Below are positions 56,103 to 57,370 of a stretch of DNA of 57,370 nt, one piece after another; within the stretch, counting starts at the first letter, position 1, and the number at the start of each line of letters is the position of its first letter. Location of the stretch: the IMG/VR virus record IMGVR_UViG_3300042468_000162, positions 1-57,370 of that record, one strand, 5' to 3'. The position numbers were made by a program, and so were the translations under genes. The notes beneath the pieces are model-generated. The model searched no databases, was not told the origin of the DNA, and saw nothing but the letters and a program-made list of their open reading frames with translations. The DNA is from a virus (lineage: Duplodnaviria > Caudoviricetes).

Positions 56103-56329
56103 ATAAAAGTATTGAAAATCAGGCAAGGTGGTATGCAATCAAGGTATTGCTAGGGTATCTAGTGCCTATTGTATTGTTTGGTATCTTTGCCTACATAGAT
56201 GCAAAGCTACTTTTGATAGCCCTAACTGCAGTGTTTGTAGGATTTATATGTGCAGGTATTTATCGTGATTACTACAACGAGAAGCTAGAGGAGTTAAAGA
56301 ATGAACACAAGAATCAAGGAACTTGCTGA
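56099..56329 (+). CDS. Two-transmembrane membrane protein
   Basis: Two hydrophobic segments; ATGA-coupled. Confidence 0.7.
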   Translation: MNKSIENQARWYAIKVLLGYLVPIVLFGIFAYIDAKLLLIALTAVFVGFICAGIYRDYYNEKLEELKNEHKNQGTC

Positions 56330-56507
56330 ACAGGCTGGATTTCAATACATCAAAGATGAAGGTATCGGCTGGGCGGGGAATCATAATGCTAGTTTGCCAA
56401 AGTTTGCCGAGTTGATTGCTGCTGAAGTTATCAGCAAGGCTGAAGATTATGGTCTTGGATGTGATGCTGTCGAGCAATTGAAAGAAGATTTCGGAGTTGA
56501 AGAATGA
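56301..56507 (+). CDS. Small protein (RIKELAEQAG/KFAELI/FGVE family)
   Basis: GAGGAG RBS; recurrent phage motif. Confidence 0.75.
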   Translation: MNTRIKELAEQAGFQYIKDEGIGWAGNHNASLPKFAELIAAEVISKAEDYGLGCDAVEQLKEDFGVEE

Positions 56508-56710
56508 CTGTAGATACTTACACACGAAAAGCCAAGTTCACTGAACTTAAACCGTACGATACATTTGCTAGTGCAGATGACTTTATGGAAGTCTGTGAGT
56601 GGCACAATGGTGAAGGGTTTGATGTCACCATAAACAATCGTGTTGTTTCATTCACTTTGGGACAGTGGGAATGCCTACAAGTGTTGGTGAATTACAAGGA
56701 GTCAGTTTAA
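56504..56710 (+). CDS. Hypothetical protein
   Basis: EV.EW.NGEGFDV motif; ATGA-coupled. Confidence 0.7.
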   Translation: MTVDTYTRKAKFTELKPYDTFASADDFMEVCEWHNGEGFDVTINNRVVSFTLGQWECLQVLVNYKESV

Positions 56711-56712
56711 TC

Positions 56713-56994
56713 ATGAGTGGTGATCACAACATGTATCAAAAAACTAAGTCATACCTTGATGATTTTGAGTGTCCAAGGTGTGGTCATTGCTGCCAAGCTG
56801 AGGCGAATAAAGAAATGAAACCAAAATTTATGCAATTACTTGAGCGGTGCATTGTTAACGGCGTGATACTTGGTCACAACCAAGCATACAAGTACAACCC
56901 TATACCTGAGCGTTACGAAATAAATCAAGCCATCTGCAATGAAGTAATGAATGAAATCCATGAGTGGTTTGATTTTGATGAGGGTAAAGCATGA
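56713..56994 (+). CDS. Hypothetical protein
   Basis: AAGGAG upstream of ATG 56713; CPRCGHCC motif. Confidence 0.6.
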   Translation: MSGDHNMYQKTKSYLDDFECPRCGHCCQAEANKEMKPKFMQLLERCIVNGVILGHNQAYKYNPIPERYEINQAICNEVMNEIHEWFDFDEGKA

Positions 56995-57287
56995 GCAGAG
57001 AAGCTATGAAGCAGGCGCTTGAGGCGCTGGAGAGTGATCCAACAAGTCTTGCTTGGCTTATTAACAAAAAGCAAGCCATCACTGCCCTTCGCCAAGCACT
57101 TGTTGATGCTGACGACACATCGCAAGAACGTGTCGATGAAACGGTGAAATGTAAACATGAATGGGTTGGTCTGACGGATGAGGAAATAAACAGCGTTCGT
57201 CATAACCGAGATTGGACTGCGGATTGGACTGATACGACTTTTGCAAGAGCCATTGAAGCCAAGCTGCGGGAGAAGAATCATGGATAG
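56991..57287 (+). CDS. Small modular hypothetical protein (REA/LRQAL/WVGLT/EKN family)
   Basis: ATGA-coupled; motif blocks shared with 37-327 and 542-949. Confidence 0.8.
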   Translation: MSREAMKQALEALESDPTSLAWLINKKQAITALRQALVDADDTSQERVDETVKCKHEWVGLTDEEINSVRHNRDWTADWTDTTFARAIEAKLREKNHG

Positions 57288-57370
57288 AGAAGCTATGCAG
57301 ATGGCGCTAGAGGCTTTGGTGGAAATCAACAAGTTGAGTATTGGTGAAAACGCCATCTGCCTGCCAGCGG
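57244..57370. repeat. Exact terminal direct repeat, copy 2
   Basis: Identical to 1-127. Confidence 0.95.

Noticed and set aside
1230-57287. Alternative genetic code
   Set aside because: Core genes are full length under the standard code, and all three stop codons are used

Overview
The window appears to be a complete circular phage genome of about 57.24 kb: bases 1-127 are repeated exactly at 57244-57370, which is most likely assembly overlap. It is a podovirus-like tailed phage with two divergent arms separated by a 1.3-kb non-coding control/terminus region (41654-42965). The plus-strand arm runs from 42966 across the window junction to 11685. It carries many small early genes, a gp88-like protein, DUF932, a GT60-like glycosyltransferase, ThyX, a tyrosine recombinase, primase, helicase, PolA, a probable SSB, nucleases and class Ia NrdA/NrdB. 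The minus-strand arm (41653 to 11663) carries terminase, portal, scaffold, capsid, tail, lysis and internal virion genes. No RNA polymerase gene was seen. A PolA with an inserted DnaJ-type CxxCxGxG zinc finger, plus the recombinase-primase-helicase-PolA order, points to an HMO-2011-type phage (inferred, no search run). Most notable: (1) nrdA is fractured by an HNH gene, and both halves carry complementary intein/Hint-like tails that seem unable to splice, so they may form a docking module; (2) a sigma54-type promoter, repeated TGT-N10-ACA palindromes and a 96-nt hairpin lead the early arm; (3) a ppGalNAc-T-related GT60-like enzyme co-occurs with a mucin-like Thr/Pro-rich virion protein; (4) a pseudoknot-like leader covers an HNH ribosome-binding site; (5) another HNH appears to have captured its neighbour's start; (6) there are arrays of modular mini-gene cassettes. 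All family assignments come from motif recognition by eye.
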